DNA from: Neoechinorhynchus agilis
Lineage: Eukaryota; Animalia; Acanthocephala
Length of the DNA: 64,000 nucleotides
Direction: 5' to 3'
NCBI GenBank assembly: GCA_051530055.1
Contig: CM121342.1
Location: 3,533,489 to 3,597,488, forward strand
Below are positions 63,301 to 64,000 of this stretch, one piece after another. The stretch's first letter is position 1. Every line of letters starts with the position of its first letter. The notes below the pieces were generated by a model. The model saw nothing but the letters and a program-made list of their open reading frames with translations, was not told the origin of the DNA and searched no databases. A program made the position numbers and the translations under genes.

Positions 63301-64000
63301 CCACCTCTGCAATCATTGACTCCGTTGCATTTCGAACCAGCAAATCCCTTGGCCAACGTTGAACCAGCCATACTCTCGCTCACGCTGAATCGTTTACCGA
63401 CAGGAAAACCGAGACTTTTAAGAAACGGAAAGCCGTTGACAGCTGAACCTGTAGTGAGTGACGGTTATGCTCCAGGGAGTAAATGTTTTACTTATGAATT
63501 CCCCAAACTGGTTCGGCCGGATGACGAAGGAGTTTACACGTTTGAAGTGGATAATTTTGGCGAAAATGTTCCTCTCAACCTAAAGGAAAGCGAACCGTCT
63601 CGAGTAATATCAGGACCTCCGAAACAGTTAGAAATCAAGCATGGTGATAGAATTTCTCTTTCATGCCTACTTTCAGAAGGTCCCCCTCTTAACGTGGAAT
63701 GGATTTCTCCTGACAACATCTCTCTGAAAAAGGACTTTGCACCTCAGACAACATTTAAATCGATTTTAGAAGTTCCAAATGTGGTCGAAGATTGTGTATT
63801 TAAGTGCAAAGTGGGCGATGAAGCAGAATTCGAGACACGAGTGATTGTACGAAAACCTCCTAAAGAACCAAAAGTCGACAAATATGAATTTGTTGTGCCT
63901 CTTTCGAATAGGACACTTACAGTTGGTGCCGGTATCCAACTGAGTTGTATATTAAACCGTGCTCCAACTGAGAAGCCAGTTTGGAAACTGAACGGGATAC
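60345..64000 (+). CDS. Further Ig-array exon, open at the window end
   Basis: Reading frame IQTIKGHKAVLRC...GDSVELIC..EWK..HGLYEC continues with Ig motifs to the last base. The 5' splice junction and phase to the previous exon are unresolved. Confidence 0.85.

Noticed and set aside
51410-63719. Minus-strand ORFs overlapping the Ig exons
   Set aside because: Antisense shadows of long coding exons.
1-64000. Prokaryotic operon, prophage or horizontally acquired defence island
   Set aside because: Spliceosomal introns, SECIS and animal gene families throughout; no bacterial-type genes seen.

Overview
AT-rich animal (invertebrate-type) nuclear DNA with very short GT-AG introns (about 45-55 nt); the taxon cannot be fixed from sequence alone. 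Host genes: a selenocysteine GPx4-like peroxidase with SECIS, a divergent V-ATPase subunit G, two secreted Gly/Trp-rich peptide precursors, a kelch-like gene, an SLC17 transporter, an intronless RagC/D GTPase and a very large UNC-89/obscurin-like gene (Ig, SH3, DH, PH, then a long Ig array running off the window). RagC/D appears to sit inside an intron of that gene on the same strand. Between the genes are decayed retroelements (RTE, CR1/L2-group, CRE-like, Penelope GIY-YIG), a tRNA-headed SINE, and six tandem arrays (units about 101, 164, 188, 256, 269 and 377 bp), several of them amplified pieces of mobile elements. The most striking unexplained structure is a family of four 170-220 bp palindromes. 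Their arms are otherwise unrelated but each carries a minimal type I hammerhead ribozyme motif (CUGAAGA-R-stem II-GAAA-UAU-U) with a different, correctly pairing stem II. Two related single motifs occur elsewhere, one next to a Penelope endonuclease fragment. All calls were made by eye; no searches or folding programs were run.
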